From assembly GCA_944332475.1 (NCBI GenBank), contig CALVKA010000002.1:71147-135146 (forward strand): a DNA stretch of 64,000 bases, in the 5' to 3' direction. Shown here in pieces: positions 8,705-19,348 of the stretch. This DNA is from an uncultured Bacilli bacterium (GTDB taxonomy: Bacteria > Bacillota_I > Bacilli_A > RF39 > UBA660). Numbering within the stretch: position 1 is the stretch's first letter; every line of letters starts with the position of its first letter. Both the position numbers and the translations under genes were made by a program. Below the pieces are notes generated by a model. That model was not told the origin of the DNA. It did no database searches and worked only from the letters and a program-made list of their open reading frames with translations.

Positions 8705-9787
8705 TTATGACTCATCACTAGAATCATAATCTTCTAATTGCTGTACTTCTACTCGATTAATACTATCAAACTTTTTAGATATTTTTTCTGTTGTAATAGA
8801 AACATTCTCAACATCTTTATTAACTGTCTGAATACTACGTGCAAGCTTATCCCATCTTTCACGATAACGAGCAAATTCTAACCCTAATTTATTTAGCTCT
8901 TCATGAATAATAGAAGTATATTTATCACGTTCCATATTTTTAATAATCATTTCTATAACAGTAAGAGTAGAAATTAACGTCGTAGGGCTAGTAATCCATA
9001 CTCTCTTCTTATAAGCATATTCGATAATATCAGGATGATAAGCATTGACTTCTGCAAAAATAGCCTCCGCTGGTAAGAACAAGATAGCTTGATCAGCCGT
9101 TTCTCCAGGTATAATATATTTGCTACTAATAGCATCAATATGTTTTTTCATATCTTGTTTAAACATCTTTTCATAATTTTCTCTCATATCAGGAGACAAC
9201 TTCTTATCAACCATCATCTGATAATGTTCCAATGGAAATTTAGAATCTATCGCAATCGTACCAAGTGGTTCTGGAGCAAACAACACACTATCCGCAATAA
9301 CCCCCGTACTTAACGTATACTGCATACGATAAATAGAGTCATTTCTTTCTCCAAATACACTAGATAAAATATGTTTTAAATTTACTTCTCCAAAAATACC
9401 CCGAGTTTTCTTATCAGTTAAAATACTTTCTAATCCAACAATATCAGTAGATAAAGTCTCAATCTTTTTTTGAGCCTCATCTATTTTGGATAAACGCTCA
9501 ATCACATTCATAAATGTTTTATTTGTCTTTTCAAAATTTTGATCTAATCGTTCATTTACTTTCTCATTAACCGCTAATAATCTTCTTTCGACCTGCTCAT
9601 TCAACTTAGTAAAATCATCATTTAAACTATGAGATAAATCGTTCTTAAAATCCCCCATCTCTTTCATCATATTAACTTCCAATCGACCAAGTCTTTCTGT
9701 AATATTACTTTCATTAATATTTTTAAATAATGAAATAACAACCAAAATTAAAATAACGATTAATAGACCTAAAATAATATAATCCAC
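8705..9787 (-). CDS. rmuC: DNA recombination protein RmuC
   Basis: 360 aa. N-terminal TM, long coiled coil, and a C-terminal RmuC nuclease-like region (FLPAEAIFAEV...WITSPTTLISTL). Confidence 0.85.
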   Translation of the reverse strand: MDYIILGLLIVILILVVISLFKNINESNITERLGRLEVNMMKEMGDFKNDLSHSLNDDFTKLNEQVERRLLAVNEKVNERLDQNFEKTNKTFMNVIERLSKIDEAQKKIETLSTDIVGLESILTDKKTRGIFGEVNLKHILSSVFGERNDSIYRMQYTLSTGVIADSVLFAPEPLGTIAIDSKFPLEHYQMMVDKKLSPDMRENYEKMFKQDMKKHIDAISSKYIIPGETADQAILFLPAEAIFAEVNAYHPDIIEYAYKKRVWITSPTTLISTLTVIEMIIKNMERDKYTSIIHEELNKLGLEFARYRERWDKLARSIQTVNKDVENVSITTEKISKKFDSINRVEVQQLEDYDSSDES

Positions 9788-9798
9788 ACTACAACCTC

Positions 9799-10377
9799 CT
9801 AATCCAAATTAGCCTTTTTACTGACAATTTTAGATACAACATAAGCAATTACCAATAGTAAAGCAACTATTATAATTGCATTGATATCCGTCATACTTTC
9901 TATAAAACTTTTACCAACATATCCCCAAAAAATCAACATAAATATTTTACCAATAAAGATAGAAAATAAAAATTTTCGGCGACTAACACCTACGATTCCA
10001 CAAATAATATTTACCAAAAAAGCGGGTGTAAAAGGTAATGCTATAACCAAAACCAAATTAGAAAAAGAAATATTTTGAAAAGTTTTAGTAGCTTTTTCTA
10101 TTTGTGTGACAGATTTTTTTGGTAAAAGTTTATGTAAAACAGTTTCAGATAAAAAAGAAAAAAAAGTATAAGAAACAAAACAGCCTAAACAAGTCGCTAT
10201 CCAAGACAAACTAAGACCAACAACACCACCAAAAGCATTGACATTTAACGCAACAAATACTCCTAAAGGTAAAACTGGTAAAAAGGATTCTAAAAATACA
10301 AGTAAAAAGCCAAAGAATAGTCCTCCTTGACTAATAAAATTTGTACAAAAATCCACGAATGACTGAATTGCTTCCAT
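9799..10377 (-). CDS. DedA/TVP38 family membrane protein
   Basis: 192 aa, polytopic. Characteristic DedA segment ...FLESFLPVLPLGVFVAL... Confidence 0.8.
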   Translation of the reverse strand: MEAIQSFVDFCTNFISQGGLFFGFLLVFLESFLPVLPLGVFVALNVNAFGGVVGLSLSWIATCLGCFVSYTFFSFLSETVLHKLLPKKSVTQIEKATKTFQNISFSNLVLVIALPFTPAFLVNIICGIVGVSRRKFLFSIFIGKIFMLIFWGYVGKSFIESMTDINAIIIVALLLVIAYVVSKIVSKKANLD

Positions 10378-10409
10378 TGTGCATCACCTATTGTTATTAT
10401 AGTACAAAA

Positions 10410-10700
10410 TTATCTGCTTAACAAGTAATTCCGATAACCACCAAGAAGAGAAAAAACCTGATAACCTTGGACCCTCAAACGACGACAAACATCCTCACTA
10501 ATATAACCAACATCACAATATAGACAATACTTTACATTTCGTTGCAAATAAAGAGAAGGACGATAAATTAATTCAGAACTAACAACATGTTTCGCACCTG
10601 GAATATGACTTTTTTGATAACTTTCTAAATCTCGAATATCAATCACAGTAATAGAGCCAAAAGAAAGTAATTCTTGCACTGTCATTTTCATTTTTATCAC
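10410..10700 (-). CDS. single-domain rhodanese-like sulfurtransferase
   Basis: About 95 aa. Active-site Cys loop ...KYCLYCDVGYISEDVCRRL.... The start is probably one of the internal Met codons (MKMTVQ). Confidence 0.75.
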   Translation of the reverse strand: MIKMKMTVQELLSFGSITVIDIRDLESYQKSHIPGAKHVVSSELIYRPSLYLQRNVKYCLYCDVGYISEDVCRRLRVQGYQVFSLLGGYRNYLLSR

Positions 10701-10746
10701 CTAATATAAAATATGAAAAAAAAGAATCTACTATCATAATAGATTC

Positions 10747-11943
10747 CTATTTAATATGATATGGTTTATTTTCAGTTCCCTTACCCTCACTAAATAAAAC
10801 ATTGCTATCTAACATCACTACTGGCCTAGGATACATATAACTAGCTGTAGTTGTATTTTCTACAACTCCACTAGAACTAACACCGTATGCCTCATCCGTT
10901 ACACCATTAACAGCAGTTACTAACCACCATTTATATGGAGCTGCTAAATAATTATAATTTTGACAAGAAAAATCAACAACAGTAGTACAATTAGGATCAA
11001 TACTTCCCATCATATAATCTGTAGCGGTAAGCAAACCAATCATTTGATCTTCTAATACTTCAGTACATTCTACAGAATTATCTTTAGTAGTATCATTCGT
11101 ATTTCTCTTACCAGTACATAAATCAAAAGAAACTAATTTACTACGATCATCATCACTCAAAATTATTCTATCTTCATCATCTGTATCATAAAGATCTTCT
11201 AAGGTGTCACGAATGCGACTTGCAGAAAATGTATTAATTCCCATATTATAACCAATATCAGAATTATATCGATTATCCCATGGAACAGATTCATACATAT
11301 CCCCATTTAAAATTAACATAAAATTTCCATCTTCTGTAATCTTAACGATTCTCCATAAAGAAGTTTCTAACTGTACATAGTTATTTACCTCTTCACCACG
11401 ATAAACATAAGTATCTCCAACTTGGTATAATCCATAACCTTCTGTAACAATATCACTAGTAACAACCTCAGATAAAGACTGAGTTACATAATCATCACCA
11501 CAATCAAGCCTTGGAACATACATATATCCATCCCCATTCGTTTGAACCGTAACTTGACCATCACAAGAAGTATCTTCACCCATATATTCCGTCATTGGAT
11601 CCATATATTCAGAAGCAGCCAAAGTTGCAACATCAATTTCAACTCTTTGACTTTCTGATTGTGGTAAACGTTTAGGATTATCTTCAAAATAAGCCTCAGC
11701 AGCATTTACCATAATATTCTCAATATCATCATACGTATAAGTTGGCGTCATAAAAACAGAAAGAAGAAATAAAACTAACGCTATTACAACGACAATTCCC
11801 AGTATAATTCCACCAAACAAAATTAATTTTTTTCTCAACTCATTATTGGAACCTCCAGATTTACTAGACTTACTAGATTTACTTTTTTTAGTTTCACTAG
11901 TATCAATTGCATTAAAACTACCAACATTAAAACTTGCAGCCAT
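10747..11943 (-). CDS. membrane-anchored extracellular protein, last gene of the T4SS/Tad supercluster
   Basis: 398 aa. Ser/Lys-rich cytoplasmic head, one TM, Asp/Tyr-rich ectodomain. It ends with ...RPVVMLDSNVLFSEGKGTENKPYHIK, which is shared with the 610-aa protein at 34051..35883. Confidence 0.6.
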   Translation of the reverse strand: MAASFNVGSFNAIDTSETKKSKSSKSSKSGGSNNELRKKLILFGGIILGIVVVIALVLFLLSVFMTPTYTYDDIENIMVNAAEAYFEDNPKRLPQSESQRVEIDVATLAASEYMDPMTEYMGEDTSCDGQVTVQTNGDGYMYVPRLDCGDDYVTQSLSEVVTSDIVTEGYGLYQVGDTYVYRGEEVNNYVQLETSLWRIVKITEDGNFMLILNGDMYESVPWDNRYNSDIGYNMGINTFSASRIRDTLEDLYDTDDEDRIILSDDDRSKLVSFDLCTGKRNTNDTTKDNSVECTEVLEDQMIGLLTATDYMMGSIDPNCTTVVDFSCQNYNYLAAPYKWWLVTAVNGVTDEAYGVSSSGVVENTTTASYMYPRPVVMLDSNVLFSEGKGTENKPYHIK

Positions 11944-11953
11944 ACTTTACCTC

Positions 11954-14380
11954 CTAATTGTCAAAGAAGTCATCGAAGAATTCATCGTCATCTTCTTCAT
12001 CATCTAACACTAAATTATTAGCAACAGATGAAACTTCTTTCTTATCATCCTTTATATCTATATCTTTTTCTTGATTAGAAGCAACTGCTTCATTCACTTC
12101 TAGAACAGAAGACTTCTTCTCAACAGTTGATTTTAGGTTAATATCTTCTTTCTCCTTATCATCTGCTGGCTTAGCCACAGAAGTTGTTGATTTTTCCTTT
12201 AATTCATTTTGTTTCTCTTCCTCTTCTAACTCAGCAATCTTAGCGTCAATTTTACGAACCAACTCATCAACATCAAATCCAAGTCCACTATCATTAGTAG
12301 GTTGATTTATTTGAGGATGAGACTGAGGCATACGAGGAGTACCTGTAGAAATAGGATTTCTAGCATCCGTCATTGGTATTCCCACTTGCCTATCGTTTTT
12401 CTCGACAAAAGAATTATCTTGACTAGGTGCAAATGGATTAACAGGTGCCATAGTATTCATATTTGGCATACCATTCATTCCAGACATTCCCATATCAACT
12501 TGAGTATTAGGACGTGGTCTTGCTCCTCCCATCGTAGAATTAGGCATAAATGGATTTCTAACATTACTATTTCCACTCATTTGAGGAAAAGCACCAAACA
12601 TATCCGGATTAGCACCACCATTATTATCAGTAGAATTCATCATTTCCAATAACTTCTTTTTCTTCTGAGCCTTGACAAATTCTTTAATATCAAAAGTATG
12701 AACAGAGATTTTCTCACGCGTTGGATAAGTAGCCTTTGGATAAGTACGTCCCCAATCTAACTTAAAATATGGAGTAAACTTAGTTTTAAAAGGCTGTTTT
12801 CTCATTCTCAAAATAATAACTTCAAACTGTTTCATACGTTGTAAATCAGAAACAGTAACCAAAGGTGTAGAAGCAGTTTTATCATCTTTTTTAGATTTAA
12901 CCTCTCCACACATCTTAGAAATTTCTTCTAAAGCTTTTAATTCCGTTGTAATCAAATAAATAATATTACCACAGTTACCACGAATAGTTTCTGCATTTTC
13001 TTTACCATATACTTGATCAAGCTGAGCAAAGTTCTGAATAATCATTGTAAAACGAATGTGTCTAGAACGAGCCGCTGTAATCATAGTAGTTACATCCTTT
13101 AAAGGCGGCATATTAGCAAACTCATCAAGTAAAAAGTTCGTACGAACAGGAAGCTTTCCACCATGTTCCTGCGCAACACCAATTAAAGTTTCATAAATCT
13201 GTTTCAACAAAATAGTAACTAAAGAATGATACGTCTTCTTTTCATCCTGAATAACGATAAATACTGCAGTAGGTCTTTGACCAATACTAGATAAATCAAT
13301 ATCACTATGAGAAAGCATCTCACTCAAGTTTTCACGAGAAGCAAATAATTTTACTTTCTGTTTAAATACAGATAAAATAGAACCCTTGGTCTCCGTAGGA
13401 GCCATAATCGTACTAGAAGCATTAATTGCCGCTGGACTTGCTGGATCTTTAGCAGCAAAGTACTCCTTAATATAAGTACTACCACCAAACTTTTCTTCAC
13501 CTACAGTTGTTGCCAAAGAAATACTATTAATATTAATTTCATCTTCCTTCGCGTCTTCAAATAGACCTAACGCAACACCTGAAAAATAATCAGCAGATGT
13601 TTTTTCCCAGAACGGATCTGCATTCTGATTAGATTCATCGTACAAAATATTTAAAGCTAAATCATCTAATAACTCGATTGCTTTATCTTGGTTACCAGAC
13701 TTATACATTTGATAAGGCAATGTCATAGGATTCCATGCATTACCATTTTGAGGATCACGGAAATTCAAAAGTAAAATTTGATAACCACGAGAACGCAACA
13801 TATTACTAGTCTTTTCATAAATCTCACCCTTAGGATCTGTAATAATCATAGACTCACGAGCCTTAGCTAAACTGTGTACAAGAGGCAAAATAACAGTCTG
13901 TGTTTTACCAGAACCAGTAGCACCAATAACTAAAGAATGATATTCACTATTATCTACCCACATCTCATTCTCATTCAAAATAAGAGGAACCCCGGCAGAT
14001 TTTGAATTTGCCTGTTTAATTTCAACTCGATCTAACTCTTCTTTAATCTCTTTTTCTTTGGCCCATCTTGAATAACCCTTATCTTTTTTATCTGTAGTAA
14101 TACCAAAACCTTTTTCACGTTCGAAAAAGTAAGAACTAACGCTAACCATTAAACCACCCAAAGCAAGGAAATAAAATACTAAGGTAGCCATAATGTATTT
14201 AGGTCCAAAAGCTGGGAAAGGATTAAGACCAACCAAATAACCTTCGGTAGCAAAAGAAGATATGTTTAAAACACCTATACAAACAATATATAGTAAAAAC
14301 AAAGAAAAAAGGACAAACATCCATATATCTTCTGGATCTGCTCTAAATTTAAATTTCATACGATTACTTCCTTTCGCCAA
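11954..14380 (-). CDS. VirD4/TraG-family type IV coupling protein (T4CP) with a long low-complexity C-terminal tail
   Basis: 808 aa. Two N-terminal TM helices, Walker A VIGATGSGKTQTV, Walker B ...NFLLDEFAN.... C-terminal Met/Pro/Asn/Gly-rich region (MGMSGMNGMPNMNTMAPVNPF) and acidic terminus DDEEDDDEFFDDFFDN. Confidence 0.85.
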   Translation of the reverse strand: MAKGSNRMKFKFRADPEDIWMFVLFSLFLLYIVCIGVLNISSFATEGYLVGLNPFPAFGPKYIMATLVFYFLALGGLMVSVSSYFFEREKGFGITTDKKDKGYSRWAKEKEIKEELDRVEIKQANSKSAGVPLILNENEMWVDNSEYHSLVIGATGSGKTQTVILPLVHSLAKARESMIITDPKGEIYEKTSNMLRSRGYQILLLNFRDPQNGNAWNPMTLPYQMYKSGNQDKAIELLDDLALNILYDESNQNADPFWEKTSADYFSGVALGLFEDAKEDEININSISLATTVGEEKFGGSTYIKEYFAAKDPASPAAINASSTIMAPTETKGSILSVFKQKVKLFASRENLSEMLSHSDIDLSSIGQRPTAVFIVIQDEKKTYHSLVTILLKQIYETLIGVAQEHGGKLPVRTNFLLDEFANMPPLKDVTTMITAARSRHIRFTMIIQNFAQLDQVYGKENAETIRGNCGNIIYLITTELKALEEISKMCGEVKSKKDDKTASTPLVTVSDLQRMKQFEVIILRMRKQPFKTKFTPYFKLDWGRTYPKATYPTREKISVHTFDIKEFVKAQKKKKLLEMMNSTDNNGGANPDMFGAFPQMSGNSNVRNPFMPNSTMGGARPRPNTQVDMGMSGMNGMPNMNTMAPVNPFAPSQDNSFVEKNDRQVGIPMTDARNPISTGTPRMPQSHPQINQPTNDSGLGFDVDELVRKIDAKIAELEEEEKQNELKEKSTTSVAKPADDKEKEDINLKSTVEKKSSVLEVNEAVASNQEKDIDIKDDKKEVSSVANNLVLDDEEDDDEFFDDFFDN

Positions 14381-14414
14381 TTATTATAACATCAAAAAAT
14401 CATATCGTCATTAA

Positions 14415-15197
14415 TTATTGATTAGAAATTTTAATTTCAAACGCATTATCACGAAATTCGTATAACATAGCAACAGGAGTTTGATTACTATATTTTGCAC
14501 AAGTAAGAATAAGTTCATTATCTTGATCATTATCTAAATCTGCAACTGTATACAAATTCGGCATACAACCATTAACACCTTCATTGACATCAACATCTTC
14601 ATAAAGCATATAAATAGTATCATCATCTACCATAAACACAAAAGAGAAATATTTATCGGGGAAAAAGTCCATAGCAAAGACATTACTAATAACATAAAAA
14701 TTTTCGTCTACCCCATCTTTATCAAAATCCAAACTAGAAACAGTTGCTAAAGTATACTGTGAGTCAGGCGATAATCCATGTTCTTCTAAAACTTGCCTAG
14801 CATAAGTATAATCAGTAATATCCGTAGTCTCATAAGAAAGAATATTCATATCAAAATCAGCTTGATAAGCAAATAATTCTCCTTGATAAGAGACAGATTG
14901 ACGATTTTCATCGAATATATACCACTCATCATCATTCCATACAAGATAATCACCTAAATATTCATGATCAATATAAACATGAAAACTTTGCCAATTAAGT
15001 TTAGATAGCAAACTCGGAGTGGTAACATTCATCCAGTTTCTAGAAGAATAATCCCAAACAGCAGCATCACCTACCAAAATAGTAGTACTAGCTTCTCTTT
15101 CTCTAGTCTCAGAAACACCGAATGCTAGATACATACAAACAGCATAAATTACCAAAATCAGAATAATTACAATATATTTAAACTTACCCTTTTTCAT
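14415..15197 (-). CDS. membrane-anchored protein, possibly a VirB8-like (Tn916 Orf13/TcpC-position) component
   Basis: 260 aa with an N-terminal signal-anchor (MKKGKFKYIVIILILVIYAVCMYLAF). It is positioned directly after the cell-wall hydrolase as Orf13 is in Tn916. The assignment rests on position and topology only. Confidence 0.4.
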   Translation of the reverse strand: MKKGKFKYIVIILILVIYAVCMYLAFGVSETREREASTTILVGDAAVWDYSSRNWMNVTTPSLLSKLNWQSFHVYIDHEYLGDYLVWNDDEWYIFDENRQSVSYQGELFAYQADFDMNILSYETTDITDYTYARQVLEEHGLSPDSQYTLATVSSLDFDKDGVDENFYVISNVFAMDFFPDKYFSFVFMVDDDTIYMLYEDVDVNEGVNGCMPNLYTVADLDNDQDNELILTCAKYSNQTPVAMLYEFRDNAFEIKISNQ

Positions 15198-15210
15198 ATC
15201 GCATCTCCTA

Positions 15211-17535
15211 TCACGCTACACGAAAATATGCATACTGACTAGTATTTCGCCAATCATATTGACTCCACATACTAGTTGACTGACTGGCTGGATCCATCAT
15301 AAGAACATTATTACCATTAATACCATCAACGGCAACCCAGTGTTGACCTGTACTACCTTTTACTTCCGCAACAACATAGTATCCTTGATTTAATAAATTC
15401 TGCAAAGAAGATAATTTTTGAGCTTGTGATTGACCAGAAACACTAACCTTACCAACATATTGAAAGTCAGGAGCAACATCACTAACCTTCCACCATCTAA
15501 AATTAGCGCCTTCAAAACCACCCACACGATTTAATGCCTGAACAAAAGTTCCTGGATTAAAATCACCATCCACATTAACTGCTACACCACTCTTAGCAAT
15601 CAACATAGAAACCGAAGTAACCAAGCAACCAACCTCTGCTATCGTACGTCTAGTATTACCGATTGTAATACTACCCCAGGCAGAATCTGCTTGTTTCCAA
15701 CCAGCATAAGGACCCGTACTTCCTGTACTATTACATCCACTTCCAGATCCTGTATTACAATTCATTTCATCAATATCAGTAGCAGCACCATATACTTGCA
15801 TTAAGATTTGCTTATAATTTAACCCCTGATTAGCCAAAGAAATAAATCGATTTTGGGTACCAGAAGCATAATTAGCGGAAACGATATTTCCCTGTTCATT
15901 TACCAATACTTCCCCCATCGTATCATTAGCAAGAGTACGCATTTTATGATCAGCTGCAAGAGGTTGCTTTAAAACGACAGCTTGATCCGTACCACTACGA
16001 ACGGTACCATATTGTTCTCCATCATTCATAGCAGAACACCCTAAATCAGGATTACAATAAACTTGATCAGCAACACAAGAAGAAAGCTGTAAAATCCATT
16101 GTCCATTCTCTTCTTCTAACTTTTTACCATTACCATTGTTCATAGCGGTAGGTCTAGCCAAAGAAAAGCTTCTAGCAGCAACCATCTGTGCTTTAATAGC
16201 TTCATCAGGTGCACTAGGACCAATTTCCTGATAAGCAACTCCAAGAATATAAGTTTCAAAAGGAACTAACTCTTCCCCTTCTAAAGGCTCATTCCAACTT
16301 CCACTACCATAAGGACTAGCACATTGCATCAAACGAACCTTTAAATCCGTAATCGTCATAGAAGCACTAACATTACCCAAACTAGAAATATAAAATCCTT
16401 TAATTTCATAAACACAAGAACCTAAACTTGCACAATCTGAACTAGTTTCACCAATTAAACTATAATAAGAATCATAATATTCCATAACTTCATCCGCCAT
16501 AGCCTCATAAGTACTTTGACTTCGATCAGGAAGATAAGTTGGAAATATATTATTAATTAAATTTTGTTTAAATGTATCCTCACTAAAACTATTACCAGAA
16601 AACATAGCATTGGCTATATTAGTAATAACATCAGTAGTCATATCATTATAGGAAAGTGTTGCACCATGTTGTTTCAAAATACTATATACAGCAGAAATAT
16701 ATACAACATCTACAGATTTTCCTTGAGATTGTAATGTCCCTTTAACAGCAGCAACACGCTCAAAAAATTCGCTAGCTTCTGGATCTGAACTCGAATAATC
16801 AATACCACCTGTAGCTCCACCTGATGCCTCACTAACACCAAAAGCATCGTCATAACTGGAAATAACACCACTACCTTGAGCAATAACAAGAAAAAGTATA
16901 ATAAGGAAAAAACCACCCGCAACAAAAGCTCCAATAGCAAGTTTTGCCGGAGTGATAGTCCCAATCCCTTCAAACATAGTGTCCAAAGGACTCTTCTCTT
17001 GTTTTTGGTTATCATCATCTAAAAAATTAGGTTTAGATGGTCTTCTTCTCCCTACACTCTCTTCTCCATCAGAAACAGATTGAGTACCAGATGGAAGAGT
17101 ATTCCCCGCTCTATTAGGAATAGAAAGTTCAGAACCACCCATATTCTTAGGATCTTGTGTCGCAAGATCAGTTGCTTTATTCGCAGCATCTAAAGCACCA
17201 CTATCATTTGCTTTAGATAAAGCCTTACGAGCAAAAGGATTTTTGGCAAGATTTTTTCCAAGTTGTTGACCAATCTTAGATTTACCAATCGCATCTCCAA
17301 CTTTAGCCCCTACTTTAGCTCCAGCCGATCCACCAAAATAAGCACCAACGACTGCTCCAGCTGTTTTTCCAGCTTTTTGAACCCCTTCTTGAGCAGATTG
17401 TTTTTCATGCTCTTTTTTTTGTTCTCGTGCAGCTTGATATGTTTGAGGTTGCTCCGTGCCAGCAGCCTGGTTTGCACTATCATCGCTACGTACTACACGA
17501 TTACCATTTAAATCATTACCTTTCATCACTGGCAC
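15211..17535 (-). CDS. bimodular peptidoglycan hydrolase: N-terminal Gly/Ala/Lys-rich region and TM, SpoIID/LytB-like domain, and C-terminal papain-like (peptidase C39-like) domain
   Basis: 774 aa. ...EAIKAQMVAARSFSLARP... is SpoIID-like. The C-terminus ...GCLVTSVSMLIAKSG... and ...GQHWVAVDG...MMDP fits a Cys/His peptidase C39-like fold. T4SS loci of Firmicutes encode such hydrolases (CwlT, TcpG, Orf14). Confidence 0.65.
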   Translation of the reverse strand: MPVMKGNDLNGNRVVRSDDSANQAAGTEQPQTYQAAREQKKEHEKQSAQEGVQKAGKTAGAVVGAYFGGSAGAKVGAKVGDAIGKSKIGQQLGKNLAKNPFARKALSKANDSGALDAANKATDLATQDPKNMGGSELSIPNRAGNTLPSGTQSVSDGEESVGRRRPSKPNFLDDDNQKQEKSPLDTMFEGIGTITPAKLAIGAFVAGGFFLIILFLVIAQGSGVISSYDDAFGVSEASGGATGGIDYSSSDPEASEFFERVAAVKGTLQSQGKSVDVVYISAVYSILKQHGATLSYNDMTTDVITNIANAMFSGNSFSEDTFKQNLINNIFPTYLPDRSQSTYEAMADEVMEYYDSYYSLIGETSSDCASLGSCVYEIKGFYISSLGNVSASMTITDLKVRLMQCASPYGSGSWNEPLEGEELVPFETYILGVAYQEIGPSAPDEAIKAQMVAARSFSLARPTAMNNGNGKKLEEENGQWILQLSSCVADQVYCNPDLGCSAMNDGEQYGTVRSGTDQAVVLKQPLAADHKMRTLANDTMGEVLVNEQGNIVSANYASGTQNRFISLANQGLNYKQILMQVYGAATDIDEMNCNTGSGSGCNSTGSTGPYAGWKQADSAWGSITIGNTRRTIAEVGCLVTSVSMLIAKSGVAVNVDGDFNPGTFVQALNRVGGFEGANFRWWKVSDVAPDFQYVGKVSVSGQSQAQKLSSLQNLLNQGYYVVAEVKGSTGQHWVAVDGINGNNVLMMDPASQSTSMWSQYDWRNTSQYAYFRVA

Positions 17536-17557
17536 AAAACATCACCACCTCAATTAA

Positions 17558-19348
17558 CTAAAAACCACCACCAGAGCCAAATGAGTCTAGCTCATCTCTT
17601 GTAACGGCTACATTAATACGCATACGTCTATTTCCACAGACAAATAACGCTTCACCTTGAGAATATCTCTTAATACTTTCTTTTTCATTATCATTTAAAT
17701 CAATTAATTTACTCAAATCTTCAACAGCCTGTTTTCTAAGACCCATGACCAAATAATAAGAAGCATTATCAAAAATTGCCTTACCATGCACAATAACAGC
17801 TGGATCAGCAAAATCACTTGGTTGTTGTGTAATAATAATAGTTCCAGTATTATATTTACGAGCACGTCTTTGAACTTGAGCCAAGAACTCTGCACCAAGT
17901 CTATTATTAGAGCCTAATAAAACATGCGCTTCATCAACCATTAAAATCGTATCAACATTAAAGTCCAAACAAAGTCCCCATGCATACTTCAAAACATTAA
18001 AGAACAAAGCATCACGAATATTAGAATCCGTATTCATTAACTCTTTAATATTAAATACCATAAAATCACTATCACGACGAATTGTAGTATGTCCATCAAA
18101 ATAGAAACGCAACTCTTTCGTAATAGGACGAATTTTTAACTCCAAACGCTCCATAACATCACGTTCTTTTGTTTGCTCTGTCATGGACATCAAACGACCC
18201 TTAATCGTCGCATAAACATCTGAAAACGTTGGATAATCCTTAGAACTAAAGCCAGAAAAATCTGTATTAAAATCAATACCAAAACGTTTATACGTATCCT
18301 GAGCAACATCACTAAACATAGTCAAAACGTCTTCTTCAATCGTAGGATCATAATAAGTTAAAAACGCTTTTAAAAATTGCAAAGTACGAGTTAAAACTGT
18401 ATAACCCAAACCTTGCTTAATCTCCTCTTCATCCGCATCAATAACAATTTCAAGTGGATTTATCATACCAAATTCTCCACCCTTACCAATATCAATTGTA
18501 TCTCCGCCATAAGTTTGAGTAATTTCTCTCAACTCATCTTCAGGGTCAATCGCAACAATTTGACAACCGTTACGAATATGAGTACGAAGTAATACTTTCG
18601 CAGCAGTAGATTTACCAGATCCAGAGGTACCAAGAATAATCATATTAGCATTATTACGGTTATTTTCTTTACGAATCTTATACAAGAACTGATTAAACAA
18701 AATAACACCACCAGAGAAATCTACACCAAGTAAAGTAGAAAGTCCCGGATCTTTAATACTATCAAAAATAAATGGATACATAGCAGCAATTGTAACAGAC
18801 GGAATTGGTGTACCAATTCTTTGTTCTACATCTTGAGGAGGAAAGATTGGTAAAATACTTTTTAATACTTTTTCCTGTTCAAAACGTAAAGAAATCGCCT
18901 TTAATTCCATTGCATCCAAATAGTTTTTAACATTAACTTTCTTCATTTCTAATTCTTCTTTAGTATCAGCCGTAATCATAATGTGCATTTGAAAATCAAA
19001 AATACGAGCCTGACTACCAGCCAACATAGAAGTAAAATATTCCAAACTCTCAGCATCCTGACGATATCTTTCACGCATCGTCTGATCACGTTCATGTTGA
19101 TACTTTTCTTTTAAATCTGCAACTTGTCTATTTAACATTTTAGACATAGTTTGAAAAGGAACCGGAATGTGTTTAACAACAACCTTAATACCAGGCATAT
19201 TGGTTAACGATGATAAATACCCAGGTGTAATATATTTAGGATAAGAAACAACTGTCATAATAGTTGCATACTTATCACTAATAAAGAAATCACTAGGATT
19301 AAAACTAAGCCCTTTAGGAGCCAACTGACTTCTTAAGCTTGTACTCAT
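17558..19348 (-). CDS. VirB4/TraE-family conjugative ATPase, C-terminal ATPase portion (split gene)
   Basis: 596 aa. Walker A GTSGSGKSTAAK, Walker B ILMVDEAHVLL, RA-box region. Its ATG overlaps the stop of the upstream ORF (ATGA). A GGTGA SD lies 8 nt upstream. Confidence 0.85.
   Translation of the reverse strand: MSTSLRSQLAPKGLSFNPSDFFISDKYATIMTVVSYPKYITPGYLSSLTNMPGIKVVVKHIPVPFQTMSKMLNRQVADLKEKYQHERDQTMRERYRQDAESLEYFTSMLAGSQARIFDFQMHIMITADTKEELEMKKVNVKNYLDAMELKAISLRFEQEKVLKSILPIFPPQDVEQRIGTPIPSVTIAAMYPFIFDSIKDPGLSTLLGVDFSGGVILFNQFLYKIRKENNRNNANMIILGTSGSGKSTAAKVLLRTHIRNGCQIVAIDPEDELREITQTYGGDTIDIGKGGEFGMINPLEIVIDADEEEIKQGLGYTVLTRTLQFLKAFLTYYDPTIEEDVLTMFSDVAQDTYKRFGIDFNTDFSGFSSKDYPTFSDVYATIKGRLMSMTEQTKERDVMERLELKIRPITKELRFYFDGHTTIRRDSDFMVFNIKELMNTDSNIRDALFFNVLKYAWGLCLDFNVDTILMVDEAHVLLGSNNRLGAEFLAQVQRRARKYNTGTIIITQQPSDFADPAVIVHGKAIFDNASYYLVMGLRKQAVEDLSKLIDLNDNEKESIKRYSQGEALFVCGNRRMRINVAVTRDELDSFGSGGGF

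Noticed and set aside
16710-17018. 102-aa minus-strand ORF nested in the hydrolase gene, and nested ORFs 17713..17898, 20361..20561, 26766..26951, 31077..31262, 31923..32201, 32262..32471
   Set aside because: They are alternative-frame ORFs within well-supported genes and have no independent signals.
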